The position numbers were made by a program, and so were the translations under genes. From Candidatus Bathyarchaeia archaeon (GTDB lineage: Archaea; Thermoproteota; CALKCG01; B24): DNA of 64,000 nt. The stretch covers positions 384,001 through 448,000 of the forward strand of contig JAVZJD010000002.1 of the NCBI GenBank assembly GCA_038870975.1. Reading direction: 5' to 3'. The notes beneath the pieces are model-generated. The model ran no database searches, was not told the DNA's origin, and saw nothing but the letters and a program-made list of their open reading frames with translations. Below are positions 48,461 through 58,736 of the stretch, one piece after another (positions within the stretch are counted from its first letter, which is position 1; each line of letters begins with the position of its first letter).

Positions 48461-48886
48461 CTAAAGAACTTCAACCGTGTATCCGTTAAGCTTTAAAGCA
48501 AGCTTGTTGAGGAGCTCCCTACCAGCTATGACTTCGTAGGGTAGGTCCTCAGGAAGCATGGGAACAAGCACGTTTAGCTCATCCAACTCTAATACAGGGG
48601 TTCCGGACTCTGAGACCACAAAGCCCTTGACTTTGAATACTTCACACTCGATTTCACGCCCTCCAATAGCGTAAAGCAACTCATATTCAGTCGGTTTAAT
48701 GCCTTCGAGAAGTAATGCAAGCTCGTCATTAGCGTAAAGTGCTCCGTCGAAGCCAGTGTCGATCAAGCATGGGCCACGAAGTCTACCGTTATCAGTCAAA
48801 AGCTCAAGCCAAAGCACGGGTATAGCTGGTAGCTTCTTACCTTTGGAGTCGTAACCATCTTCGACATAAGGATAGCTAACCCTCAA
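48461..48886 (-). CDS. Clan AA (retropepsin-like) aspartyl protease
   Basis: CLIDTGFDG catalytic motif and IAGRELLNKL. Confidence 0.8.
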   Translation of the reverse strand: MRVSYPYVEDGYDSKGKKLPAIPVLWLELLTDNGRLRGPCLIDTGFDGALYANDELALLLEGIKPTEYELLYAIGGREIECEVFKVKGFVVSESGTPVLELDELNVLVPMLPEDLPYEVIAGRELLNKLALKLNGYTVEVL

Positions 48887-49148
48887 CTCTAATCCACCTC
48901 GGAGTTTGTACTCTAGTCCTCCTAAGCGTTGGAGAAGGTGCCCGAGGCCCAGCGATCTTCAAAACGGCTACGACCGTCGGACCTTTAAATGGTCTCCTCC
49001 CGAGGAGGCTAGGATACTTTAAAGCTAAATATCTCATCAGAGCTTCTGACACAATCCTAGACTTCGGAGGCTTTAAGGGGTCTAACTTAGTAGCTTTATC
49101 TAAAGCCTCTGCAAGCTCATCTGGAATAGTTATGGATATTCTTTTCAT
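48876..49148 (-). CDS. Ribbon-helix-helix (CopG-like) protein
   Basis: MKRISITIPDELAEALD...KSRIVSEALMRYL; overlaps the protease start. Confidence 0.8.
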   Translation of the reverse strand: MKRISITIPDELAEALDKATKLDPLKPPKSRIVSEALMRYLALKYPSLLGRRPFKGPTVVAVLKIAGPRAPSPTLRRTRVQTPRWIRVEG

Positions 49149-49323
49149 CTAATATTATTTCGTAATATCAGTATTATTAAATCTTAACACATTCAACGGC
49201 ACATAGTCTTTTTCCCACAGCGCATCTCTCCATAGGGAGATATCCATGGCTTATGGAAGTTTCTACAAACCTTGAATGAATTCTGGAAGGCTTATATCTT
49301 GAGTTCACCACTACTTCGTTCTG

Positions 49324-49875
49324 ATGGGTTTAGAGTTCCCCATTCCAGAGGACTTGGTAGAGCTTATCTTGGAGGGTGAGCGTATAGTTTGGGTGGGTAG
49401 GTCTGCGTTTAAGCCCTTCATCCTCAAGAACCTCGCAGGTCTAATTATACCCGTAGTCTTCCTACTCATACCCATACCCCTTATAGGTGTGTTATACGGT
49501 CCTCCATATGTGAATCTGTTCATACTCCTATTCCTCCTACTATGGTACTGTGCCGTAGGCTTCTCACTATTCAACTTCTCAGTATATCCAATACTACTAT
49601 GGAGGAATCTATACTACGTTTTAACCGATAGGAGGATCATAATACGCAAAGGCGTCATAGGCATAGACTACGATATACTCGACTTAGAGTATGTGCAACA
49701 GGTCAACTTGGAGAGAGGCATATGGGATAGAGTTTACGGCACAGGCACTATAGTGGTTCAAGCCATAGGCGTTAAACCCATAGAGATGCATTCAATACCA
49801 GACCCGTTCAGGTCGATAGATGTACTGAAGAAGACCGTGGAGAGCGTGAGGTCGTTTAAAACCCCACGCATATAG
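49324..49875 (+). CDS. Membrane protein with bacterial PH (bPH_2) domain
   Basis: EGERIVWVGR, two TM helices, YVLTDRRIIIRKG, QQV...GIWDRVYGTGTI. Confidence 0.8.
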   Translation: MGLEFPIPEDLVELILEGERIVWVGRSAFKPFILKNLAGLIIPVVFLLIPIPLIGVLYGPPYVNLFILLFLLLWYCAVGFSLFNFSVYPILLWRNLYYVLTDRRIIIRKGVIGIDYDILDLEYVQQVNLERGIWDRVYGTGTIVVQAIGVKPIEMHSIPDPFRSIDVLKKTVESVRSFKTPRI

Positions 49876-50213
49876 CCTGACTAAGGACTTTACATGGAAT
49901 TACGTACGTTGACCTTGCAGAGGACTACCAATATAGTCACGAAGCTACGTGAAGATGAAGACCCATTCAACCTAAAGCTCCAATTCCCAGCTGTGTATCC
50001 TCTACTCTTAACCTTCAGAGAGCCCCTGATGGGGGCGTACAGCAATTAACGTACTTTAAATCCTCAACTCCTGCAAACCGCCACTAGCTACAAGTCCATA
50101 TTCTACAAAAGATTGTCTTCGCGTCTTACAATAGGAAACGGATTAAAATTGATAGTTGCGTCCATGATGACTTTTACCCTTAGAAAAATACCTGACACTA
50201 TCAAATTCTGAAG

Positions 50214-50228
50214 GAAAAATTATTAAAT
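50214..50228 (+). promoter_or_regulatory. BRE/TATA promoter of the cas operon
   Basis: GAAAAATTATTAAAT about 30 nt upstream of ATG 50259. Confidence 0.55.
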
Positions 50229-50258
50229 GTCACATCACACGTATTGTTCTTGATACTT

Positions 50259-50645
50259 ATGAAGAGGGCTTTCTCCTATAAAGATCTTCTCGACAATGCC
50301 ACTAGGATCGCCGTTCAAGCTAAGTTGGATGGTTTGACCAAGACTCAAATTGAGAACATCATCGGGTCTCTATATATGGTTGAGGACGCTAGGGATGCTT
50401 TGCTCATTACCCAATTGTTCGCTCATAGACAGGCTGAGAGATTGGGCAGAGGTCGTAAAACGATGTCTATGATTAGTAAGTTTTTAAACGAAATTTACGT
50501 TAAAAATGGGGATAGGTGTCTCGCAAGCGAATTCCTCGGTTTGATCAAATGGGTTTTTGAGTGCATTGAGGAGGTAAGGTTGCCGATGATCGATATCAAC
50601 ACTCTCACGTTCGACGCATTAATGAATATTCTGAGGGGAAGGTAA
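50259..50645 (+). CDS. cas11: Type III CRISPR small subunit (Cas11/Csm2-like)
   Basis: Small helical protein first in the RAMP operon; TKTQIENII, RQAERLG, FLGLIKWVFE. Confidence 0.7.
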   Translation: MKRAFSYKDLLDNATRIAVQAKLDGLTKTQIENIIGSLYMVEDARDALLITQLFAHRQAERLGRGRKTMSMISKFLNEIYVKNGDRCLASEFLGLIKWVFECIEEVRLPMIDINTLTFDALMNILRGR

Positions 50646-51347
50646 ATGCCTGATTACAGGGATTTTGATAGACTAAATACCATTATTCGCATTGAGGGGA
50701 TCCTAGTAAATGAAACTCCGTTAAGGATTGGTACTGGTAAGGAACCCCCTTTGGGCGCTCCAGTAGATGTAGCAGTTTACAGGGTTAATGGCATTCCATG
50801 TATACCCGGGTCTAGTTTGAAAGGTCTATTTAGAAACTACGTCGAAATGGCCTCAACTTCCAAGGGCGTTAAAGTGCACGAACCTTGGAACAAAGATGCC
50901 ATCGAAGATGAGGCCAAGCGCGGGGATTTCTGTCCAGTTTGTGGAATTTTCGGTAGTACGGAGTTGGCTAGCCATATCAGAGTTTACGATGCGTTCCCGA
51001 AGGATAATAGATTTTATAGTTTTCAGAAGACTGGCACAAGCATCGATAGAGAATTCGGGAGCGTGAGAGCAGGTTCGCTATTTACAGAGGAACTAATCAC
51101 GCCGATGACTGAGTGGACATTTAAAATGGATGTAATAAACATTGACCTATACTCTGAGCAGGAAGTTGAAGACAAACGAAAGGAATTACTTAAATCGCTG
51201 TTGACAACGCTTACTACAATTGGTTTAAGTATTGGCTCTAGGAAGTCCGTCGGCTACGGTCTCATTAAGTTGAAAGAAGCTAAGTGGCGTAAGTACAAAT
51301 TCGTTGAGGGCGAACTCAAATTAGTCGATAAAGGTGATGCGATTTGA
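50646..51347 (+). CDS. cas7: Cas7-group RAMP (Csm3/Csx7-like)
   Basis: TPLRIGTG, VD (catalytic Asp position), IPGSSLKG, CPVCGIFGS, IGSRKSVGYG. Confidence 0.92.
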   Translation: MPDYRDFDRLNTIIRIEGILVNETPLRIGTGKEPPLGAPVDVAVYRVNGIPCIPGSSLKGLFRNYVEMASTSKGVKVHEPWNKDAIEDEAKRGDFCPVCGIFGSTELASHIRVYDAFPKDNRFYSFQKTGTSIDREFGSVRAGSLFTEELITPMTEWTFKMDVINIDLYSEQEVEDKRKELLKSLLTTLTTIGLSIGSRKSVGYGLIKLKEAKWRKYKFVEGELKLVDKGDAI

Positions 51348-52297
51348 AAGTTCCTCTATGGACTTCGTCCCTGATAAATCTAAGGGAGTCCATATTCAGA
51401 GGTTACATCGAGAATATTAGTCCATTGAGAATTGGCGCTGGTAAGGAGCCTCCCTTGAGTTCTCTTGTTGACTTAGCGATTATAAAAATTAGGTATGGTG
51501 GCTATGAAATCCCGTACATACCTGGGTCTAGTTTGAAGGGTTTGTTCAGGAGTCAAGCCGGAAAGATGGCTACGTCCCTGGGTTTGAGTGTATGTAATGG
51601 GCTCGCCAAGGACAACTGCGTGGACGTCAAAAGAGTCACCATCAGAGGTAGAGAGTACGTTTTGAGGGATTTAATCGATGAGTGTATGCGAGATAGACGT
51701 TCTTCAGAAGCCATGGAGTATTTCTTTAATAACGCATGCATTATCTGTAGGATATTTGGCTCGATTATGTATAGGAGCAAAGTTATTTTCTCAGACGCAT
51801 ATCCCATCGATGAAGACGGCAATTTACTTCCATTTAAATTAGGCTCTAGAACTGGAATCGCAATAGATAGGAGGACCGGGGCTGTGGTTAGGGGGGCATT
51901 ATACGAAGTAGAGTACATTGAGCCCGGATGCAGGTTTAAGTTTGAGGTCAGATGCCACAATTTACCGAATTACGCCCTCGGGTTGTTATCGTCTATAATT
52001 AGAATGATAGATAGTGGTGAAATCAAAATTGGGGGATTTACGTCTAGAGGCTATGGCTCTGTGAAAATCAAAAAATTAGAGGCGTTCGTGAAGAGTTTTG
52101 GCCCAGGTAAGGAGAATAAAGTTTTATCATCCCTCGAACAAAACATCGACGAAGGGGTCGACGTATCGGATATCTCCGAATTTAAAGATGGATTGTTGTA
52201 CTTCTCAGAAAATAACGTTTGGAAATTGATCGATAGGTTAGAGGGGGTTTGGTATGGTGCGACGAGTAGAATTAAGAGTCGTGAGAGAAAAGCCTAG
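51344..52297 (+). CDS. cas7: Cas7-group RAMP (Csx7/SSO1426-like) with Cys-rich insert
   Basis: SPLRIGAG, IPGSSLKGLFRS, CIICRIFGS, RTGIAIDR, IGGFTSRGYG. Confidence 0.92.
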   Translation: MKVPLWTSSLINLRESIFRGYIENISPLRIGAGKEPPLSSLVDLAIIKIRYGGYEIPYIPGSSLKGLFRSQAGKMATSLGLSVCNGLAKDNCVDVKRVTIRGREYVLRDLIDECMRDRRSSEAMEYFFNNACIICRIFGSIMYRSKVIFSDAYPIDEDGNLLPFKLGSRTGIAIDRRTGAVVRGALYEVEYIEPGCRFKFEVRCHNLPNYALGLLSSIIRMIDSGEIKIGGFTSRGYGSVKIKKLEAFVKSFGPGKENKVLSSLEQNIDEGVDVSDISEFKDGLLYFSENNVWKLIDRLEGVWYGATSRIKSRERKA

Positions 52298-53219
52298 AGA
52301 CAGAAGCTCGTTCAGAGATTTATGCGGGTTTCTCGATGTTAGTATAGTTGTCGACGATGGTTCGTATTTACACGTCGGTGCTGGTAGGGAGGTGTTTGAA
52401 GCAGACGTTGAAAAACTTAAGGAGTTATACGTAAAAAGGGGAATTATCGATATAAGCCTCCTGAGGGGCACGGAGTATCAAGATTTTGCATCTACATCGA
52501 GAGGTGTCGTCATACCTGGGTCATCGGTCAAGGGCAACGTCAGAGCTAAATTGGAGTTAAGCTTTCACAATTTCCAAGGTAGTGTTAGGTCTTGCTTCAT
52601 TAAAGCTGGCATCATAAGGGGAATCTCCATCGGTACTAGCGGATGGAGGCATCAGAGGGTTTGGAGTGAAACGGTATTCGAGGACAGAGGTTTTCCATGC
52701 GACTTCACGAGGATCGGCAGCGTTTGCCTTTTGTGCGACTTATTTGGAACATCTGGATTAAAGGGTTTAATCGATTTCAGCGACTTCGTATGCCCCGACG
52801 TCAAACTAGAGGCCCTCAATCTGCCCTATGGAATTAAAGTCCGCGCGGCTCCCCCGGGGACTACTTTCAACGGAAGGATAGATTTCACGAATTTGAAGGA
52901 TTACGAATTGGGTTTACTCCTCCTCGGCATGGGAATCATGAATAGTAGGATTGGTAGGAGCGTTATTCTGGGTAGATTTAAGTATAGGAGTTTAATTGGA
53001 GGAAAAAGGTTTGGCAGAGTCAGGTACAGGATTAATGGACTCATGTTAAACAGATTTTCAACTGAGCTTTCAGTAGGGTCCTTGCACATAAGGCCTGAAA
53101 CGACAATTTTGGATGAAGGGATCGACGAACTCTGCAAGCTCCTAGTCGACTCCTCATCGGAGCATTTTAAAAATGAAATCAAAATAGTAGACGAGGTTGG
53201 AATTCTTGATGGACTTTAA
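52254..53219 (+). CDS. cas7: Cas7-group RAMP
   Basis: YLHVGAG, IPGSSVKG, CLLCDLFG, ELGLLL, LGRFKY...FGRV. Confidence 0.85.
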   Translation: MVRRVELRVVREKPRDRSSFRDLCGFLDVSIVVDDGSYLHVGAGREVFEADVEKLKELYVKRGIIDISLLRGTEYQDFASTSRGVVIPGSSVKGNVRAKLELSFHNFQGSVRSCFIKAGIIRGISIGTSGWRHQRVWSETVFEDRGFPCDFTRIGSVCLLCDLFGTSGLKGLIDFSDFVCPDVKLEALNLPYGIKVRAAPPGTTFNGRIDFTNLKDYELGLLLLGMGIMNSRIGRSVILGRFKYRSLIGGKRFGRVRYRINGLMLNRFSTELSVGSLHIRPETTILDEGIDELCKLLVDSSSEHFKNEIKIVDEVGILDGL

Positions 53220-56022
53220 AGGATTTAAGTTCGAAGAACCATATCCTATATTCAAAGCTTACGTCATCCCTTACAGAGACGAAAAAACTATAATTGAGTA
53301 CTGTAGGAGGGTAAAGGCCGAAGACGTAGAGTTATTCAAAGAGGTCCTCGAGGGTTTAAAGAGGTTCTTATCGAAAATGCTTAATTTGAACAACGTTAAG
53401 TCGTTTGATGAAGTCAGAAGGCTTGAGTTGATCGCAGACTTAATACCACTGTACTTTAGAATTCCACTGCTGAGAGAAGTATTACCATCAACTATGCCGA
53501 GCCCATTGAAGACATATTTATTGTACAGGACTCACTATGTCCAATCATCCCACGAAAAAGCAGTGGTGTTTGATGTTGATCCAGTTGACTTCATCGAGTG
53601 GGTCTACGAGAAAAAAGAACGTTTAAATTTCGTTGAAGAGATATCCAGCGTTTTAAGCGATCCAAGTCTATCTAATAAAATTGAGAAGTCGTGGTTCATT
53701 TTTCCATCTGATACTAGACCGGGCTTTAATACGTCAGGTTTAATAACGCATTTGCTTGTTACTTCAGCCATAGCTTGGAGTCTAGGCGTGAATAAGGAGT
53801 TAAATAGGCGCGATATCGCAATACTTAGGTTGGCCGCGCTTTTGCACGACGTTGGAAAACCATTCAACTACAGGATGCACGTTGAACTTTCAAAAAGCGT
53901 TGCTGAAGTCCTATTGAAGGGCTTTATCTCGAGCGAAATATTGGACGATGTAGTTAGCATTATAAGCAATCATCATAAACCTGAGTCTGTGGATATATGT
54001 CCTAAACTTAGGAAAATTTTAGAAATTTTAAATGTGGCAGATCAAAGGGCTTCGACCATCGATAGGATAAGACACGTTGTTGAAAGTTACATTAAAAGCG
54101 ACATATTGGATATCTCTGAAAAGTTGGGCTTAAACTACGACCACGCTTTCGAAGTTGGAGCCAAGGGCTGGGACTTTTGGTTCAAGGCTTCTGAGAAGAT
54201 TGAGGAGTTGAATGTAAAGTTTCTTGACCGCTTGCGTAGTGCCACCGATGGTTTTAAATCTCAGTTAAAGCCCATTGGAGAATTTAAAGCAGTAGATTAT
54301 AGGGATACCTCTATTGGTGTAATCGACGTCGCAGGCATACAAAACTACATATCTAGGGCTCAAGAGGTTAAGGTCGTAAGCGCCGCGAGCTTGTTAATAG
54401 ATGGAGTTGTAACGTCGTATATTCCATTGTACATGCAACTGATGGTCGAGCGATCTAATGTCTGGGTTCCGTATGAAGCATTCTTGTACACCGCTGGCGG
54501 AGTCGTCGAATTAATCTTCCCATCGTTATTGAGCTCTAAGTTCGAGGAGCTTATTGGGAAATCGTTAAACGAGGTTCTCTCAAAGTGTAAATTACGCGTC
54601 AATTTTGCACACGTGTATGTAAGTAACGACGTTTACTCCATGGTGAAGAATTTGGCGAACGAACTTCACTTGAGGAAAAACACGGTTTCTGAGGATGTTG
54701 TGACCATCGATAGGATTAGTGGCGTTGTAGGCTATGATAATTTGTGTGAGTTATGTTACATCGATGAATATGTTGAATCGTTGCGTACAGCTGAAGGCGT
54801 AAAGAGGCTCTGCAAAACGTGTAAGTCATTGTACGAGTTGGGCGAGAGAATAAGCTTTAGAAAGAGGTTTGAAGAGGCCAACTTTACGGTTTTGGGCGAT
54901 ACTTTCAATATTAAGGAAGTGTTTGGAGTAAATTGGGACTTCGTGAGCAAGTACGTCGTTGAATTGATCTCTGGTCACGACGGGGGCGAACTCAGGGAAT
55001 TAGAAGAGGGGCGCGTCAAGAGGAGGAATGTCGCTGTGGTCAAAGTTGATGGTAACCTCATGGGACCTTTTATGGCAACGTCGATTTCACTGACGGACAT
55101 GTACGAAAGGAGCGCGAGAATAGATATTGCTTTGAAGGATGCCTTTAGCAAAGCTCTGTCGGTAATATATGAAGGTGTAAATAAAACTACAGGGGATAAA
55201 GGGGAGGCCGCCAAGTATTGCGCATCGGTGCTACTGGGAACTCTGTACATTGGTGGGGATGACTGCCTGGTCGTAATGCCTTCATGGGCTTCGCCGATTT
55301 TCGCGTGGATCATCGGCAATGAATTTAGATTGAACATGGGTAATGCCAGAGGTTTGGGCATAGGCGTTGCGGTGGGTTCGGCAAAAGCCAATCTGTGGAG
55401 CTTAATCTCCGCCGCGGACAAACTGATGAATGGGGCCAAGGGGTTCACCAGGGATAGACCCGAGTATAGTGCACTGATGTACGACGTTTCTGAGAATGTA
55501 TCGTTAAACGGGTTAATCGTCGAAGAGAGGTTGAGGTATCTTGAGGGTGAGGGTGTTACAGTTCAACCATTCATATTGGCATCAGATGGAGATGCATTTA
55601 TGGATTACGTTAAGTCGATCTTCGACGCATCAAATTACCATGAGTTTGCGGAGAAGTGCTATCTCGCGTCAAGGTTCTCCGAACGTTTAGATGGAGGATT
55701 AAAGACGAGGGCACGCGAGGTTCAAGAGTGGATGAAGAAAATCAGGGCCAACATCATGGAGTGTATTAATAGAGTGAATAGTTTATTCATAATTAGCGAG
55801 GGGCCGCCGATATTGAAGTGGTTCCTAGTCAAATTCTACGCTCAAAGGCAACTTAGTAGATTGAACGACCCGAAGAACAAGAAGGCGTATGGCGTCGTTT
55901 TTGAGCTAGGTCCAAAGAAGAGCTTGGCAGACTTTCTAAAGGGCGACGTAAGACGTATAGACAATTCATCTTATTCTGACGCCGACAGAATGATTAAAAT
56001 TGTCGGGGGTGGCGTCATTTGA
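53197..56022 (+). CDS. cas10: Cas10 large subunit with HD nuclease and Palm/cyclase domains
   Basis: PSDTRPG, LLHDVGK, NHH, DVAGIQNYI, CELC/CKTC Zn finger, VDGNLMG, YIGGDD. Confidence 0.95.
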   Translation: MEFLMDFKGFKFEEPYPIFKAYVIPYRDEKTIIEYCRRVKAEDVELFKEVLEGLKRFLSKMLNLNNVKSFDEVRRLELIADLIPLYFRIPLLREVLPSTMPSPLKTYLLYRTHYVQSSHEKAVVFDVDPVDFIEWVYEKKERLNFVEEISSVLSDPSLSNKIEKSWFIFPSDTRPGFNTSGLITHLLVTSAIAWSLGVNKELNRRDIAILRLAALLHDVGKPFNYRMHVELSKSVAEVLLKGFISSEILDDVVSIISNHHKPESVDICPKLRKILEILNVADQRASTIDRIRHVVESYIKSDILDISEKLGLNYDHAFEVGAKGWDFWFKASEKIEELNVKFLDRLRSATDGFKSQLKPIGEFKAVDYRDTSIGVIDVAGIQNYISRAQEVKVVSAASLLIDGVVTSYIPLYMQLMVERSNVWVPYEAFLYTAGGVVELIFPSLLSSKFEELIGKSLNEVLSKCKLRVNFAHVYVSNDVYSMVKNLANELHLRKNTVSEDVVTIDRISGVVGYDNLCELCYIDEYVESLRTAEGVKRLCKTCKSLYELGERISFRKRFEEANFTVLGDTFNIKEVFGVNWDFVSKYVVELISGHDGGELRELEEGRVKRRNVAVVKVDGNLMGPFMATSISLTDMYERSARIDIALKDAFSKALSVIYEGVNKTTGDKGEAAKYCASVLLGTLYIGGDDCLVVMPSWASPIFAWIIGNEFRLNMGNARGLGIGVAVGSAKANLWSLISAADKLMNGAKGFTRDRPEYSALMYDVSENVSLNGLIVEERLRYLEGEGVTVQPFILASDGDAFMDYVKSIFDASNYHEFAEKCYLASRFSERLDGGLKTRAREVQEWMKKIRANIMECINRVNSLFIISEGPPILKWFLVKFYAQRQLSRLNDPKNKKAYGVVFELGPKKSLADFLKGDVRRIDNSSYSDADRMIKIVGGGVI

Positions 56023-56696
56023 GTAGAGTTAAGTTTAAAGTCAGAGTAAAGCCCGTAGGCTTATTGTCCATTGGCTCCATATACTCATCGTTCGCGAGCT
56101 CTGATGTAGCATTTGCTAGAAAACCCTCCATGGAGGGTGGCAAGAGTGTGTACAAGCATTATATCCCGGGGTCCAGCTTTAAGGGGGCTTTGAGGTCCTC
56201 TACCTGTAGGATCGCTGAAGTCTTTGGGTTTAAGAGTTGTAGTGAGGTTGATGTCGGGATGATCGAAAAAGCTCACAGTAGAAATGGCATATGCGATGTA
56301 TGTAGACTCTTCGGTTACCCAAAGTCTAACACTCCAAGTGTACTGAGCGTTTCAGACTTCGAACTTCAAGGCTACGCTAAGCCCTACGTAATTACCGGGA
56401 TAAGAATTGAAGACGAGAGCGGTAAAGTCGCTGAAGGCGCTCTATTTAGCACGGAAAAGTTATACGGATCCGAGTTCCTAGGTGAAATATCGTTGACCAC
56501 CGACGACGTAAATTTAATTGGGCTTACGTTGCTTTCGCTCTCTGAATTGAGGTTGGATTGTTTTGGTAGGCGTTCGCAAATCGACTTGAAGATAGAGGAT
56601 ACTGAAGGACTTGAACGGCTTTTGAAGGGTTCGAAGTGGATCTCATTGTTGGATGAATTGAAGGAGTGGTTGTACGATGAGATTTTGCAAGATTGA
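56019..56696 (+). CDS. cas7: Cas7-group RAMP
   Basis: IPGSSFKGALRS, CDVCRLFG, GIRI...EGALF..E. Confidence 0.88.
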   Translation: MSRVKFKVRVKPVGLLSIGSIYSSFASSDVAFARKPSMEGGKSVYKHYIPGSSFKGALRSSTCRIAEVFGFKSCSEVDVGMIEKAHSRNGICDVCRLFGYPKSNTPSVLSVSDFELQGYAKPYVITGIRIEDESGKVAEGALFSTEKLYGSEFLGEISLTTDDVNLIGLTLLSLSELRLDCFGRRSQIDLKIEDTEGLERLLKGSKWISLLDELKEWLYDEILQD

Positions 56697-57813
56697 AATT
56701 AAATTAAATTCCCCGACGATTCTTCCAAAGAAGAGGGTTGAGAGGGGCTACAAGGGTTGCTTAGATTACATTCCCTCAACTACGTTAAGGGGCTCGCTTT
56801 TAACATCCCTATACTTGAATGGATACGTGAAACTCGATAAAGTCAAGGAGTTAGCTAGGAGTTTTGGAGTCTTTGCTTCAAACGCTTATCCAGTTATAGA
56901 GAATAAAGAGTCCCAACCATCACATCCATTCATGTATGAGTGCAAAGTCCCGCACGGGAAAAAGTACGAAAGGGTGAACTTCATAAATGAAGTTGTTGAT
57001 AAGCTTAGATCCCATGAGAAAACCCTATTCAAATTCGAGTGTAGTAAGGGTCATTCGGCATTAAGTTACGTGCATCCAAAACCGGTGATATTGCTAAATT
57101 ACGAAGGAGAAATGTTTAAAGTAGCGTCAGTAAGGGCTCAGTCTACGATATCCACTGCCATAAGTAAGCGTAGAGCTTCAAGCCAGAGTGGAATGTTATA
57201 CGAATACGACTTCATGATAGAGGGACAGAGGTTTTGGAGTTACATCGGCATTTCCGACGAATTGAGTAAATACGTTGAGAAGGGGTTGGAACTTAAGATT
57301 GGAAGGGGCGTATCCAGAGGATTTGGGAGTTCGCGCATAGAGAATGTTGAGGAGATATCGTTAAGTGAGCGTAGAGAGAGGATCGAATCAGAGGTCGATT
57401 TGCGTGGCAAAACTGTCTTATTTTACGCGCAATCACCGTTATTGGGTTTCGACGGTTTCGTAAATTACACTCCGTATCCAAAGAACATAGAGTTGAACAG
57501 CGTACTAAAAGTATGTGGGTTCAACGTCTATAATGCCGGGAGTATAACCGTAAGTGAAGTTTACGCTAAAACTAGAGCTCTACACGGTGGTTGGGATATG
57601 GATATGAACGTTAGAAGACCAGTCTTTACGGGCGTAGCTTCCGAAGGAGCTATTGCAGTTGGGCGTGTAAACGTTAAACAAGACACCGTCACGGCATTGG
57701 CTCTACTATCCATAGTCGGTTACCCAATTAAGGTAGATGGATATGTCTTCACGGGCTTAAACATTCTAACGCCGTTGCAAATCCAACCAATAAGTGGGGG
57801 TGGAAGAAATTGA
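56677..57813 (+). CDS. cas5: Cas5-group RAMP (Csx10/Csm4-like)
   Basis: DYIPSTTLRGSL, SNAYP, IGRGVSRGFG, GWD. Confidence 0.8.
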   Translation: MRFCKIEIKLNSPTILPKKRVERGYKGCLDYIPSTTLRGSLLTSLYLNGYVKLDKVKELARSFGVFASNAYPVIENKESQPSHPFMYECKVPHGKKYERVNFINEVVDKLRSHEKTLFKFECSKGHSALSYVHPKPVILLNYEGEMFKVASVRAQSTISTAISKRRASSQSGMLYEYDFMIEGQRFWSYIGISDELSKYVEKGLELKIGRGVSRGFGSSRIENVEEISLSERRERIESEVDLRGKTVLFYAQSPLLGFDGFVNYTPYPKNIELNSVLKVCGFNVYNAGSITVSEVYAKTRALHGGWDMDMNVRRPVFTGVASEGAIAVGRVNVKQDTVTALALLSIVGYPIKVDGYVFTGLNILTPLQIQPISGGGRN

Positions 57814-58736
57814 TTTTGCAACTCGACTCGGTGTGCAACAAAATAGTCGGGCTATTGACTTTTGGCGTCGAAACACCGATACACGTAGGTGCGGGTGGCG
57901 TTGAAGTAAGGAGGAGCTTCTTAAAGGTTGAAGACCGCTTAGTGATACCTTCATCGACTTGGAAGGGCGCTTTTAGATCAATGTCAGAGAGGATAGCGAA
58001 GAACATGAAGTTCAACGGAGTATCATCACTATCGGTTAAATTCTACCGCGAGACTACAAGGGGGATAAGTTATTCACCCGCAAACTATAAAGATGCCGAA
58101 TTCGTAAACCTAAGGAACGAATTGATTAGCGTACACAAAGGTTTAAAACCAGAAGCGTTGGGGATCAGTAGAGGAGACGTAGACATAGCGATACGTGAAT
58201 TAGGGTTTTCCGAAGAAGTAGAGAAGTTGAACGGTTACGACGAAACCACGTGGAACTGGTTTACGGAGGCACTCTTAGCAGTAAACTGCCCAATAGGGAG
58301 ACTGTATGGTAATAACTACGTGGCGGCAAAAGTCAGGTTCGTGGATACGGTCATCAAAGGAAGGACTAGTGAGAGGGCTGGAATTGGAATAAATAGGAGG
58401 GCGTTGAAAGTAGAAGAAGAGTTCCTCTACTTTATGGAAGCCCTAAGCGAAAGCGACGTAAAACTGATGTTCATAGCGTGCAATCTGAAACCCGGAGAAG
58501 GGGATTCAAAATTATTTGCATCGACATTACAGTACGTGAGAGAGATGGGGATGTCGATCGGAGGGTCGAAAAGCAGGGGATTGGGACATCTAACGATAAA
58601 AGGAGCAAAGATATTCATAATTGACTTAACTACAGGAAGCCTAGATGATAAAATGCTAAGGATAGTAAATCCATTTAAACACGTACCGCCGACTGACCTT
58701 GAGGGGCTGATAAAGTGGCTACGAGGTTGGAACTAA
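57810..58736 (+). CDS. cas7: Cas7-group RAMP
   Basis: TPIHVGAG, IPSSTWKGAFRS, CPIGRLYG, IGGSKSRGLG. Confidence 0.88.
   Translation: MILQLDSVCNKIVGLLTFGVETPIHVGAGGVEVRRSFLKVEDRLVIPSSTWKGAFRSMSERIAKNMKFNGVSSLSVKFYRETTRGISYSPANYKDAEFVNLRNELISVHKGLKPEALGISRGDVDIAIRELGFSEEVEKLNGYDETTWNWFTEALLAVNCPIGRLYGNNYVAAKVRFVDTVIKGRTSERAGIGINRRALKVEEEFLYFMEALSESDVKLMFIACNLKPGEGDSKLFASTLQYVREMGMSIGGSKSRGLGHLTIKGAKIFIIDLTTGSLDDKMLRIVNPFKHVPPTDLEGLIKWLRGWN

Noticed and set aside
50160-50230. cas promoter as target of the solitary-repeat spacer
   Set aside because: Only a short gapped match (ATGACTTTTA vs ATGCTTTTA), at chance level
45245-50240. Integrated virus, casposon or IS element explaining the island
   Set aside because: No integrase, transposase, Cas1, polymerase or capsid-like ORF seen
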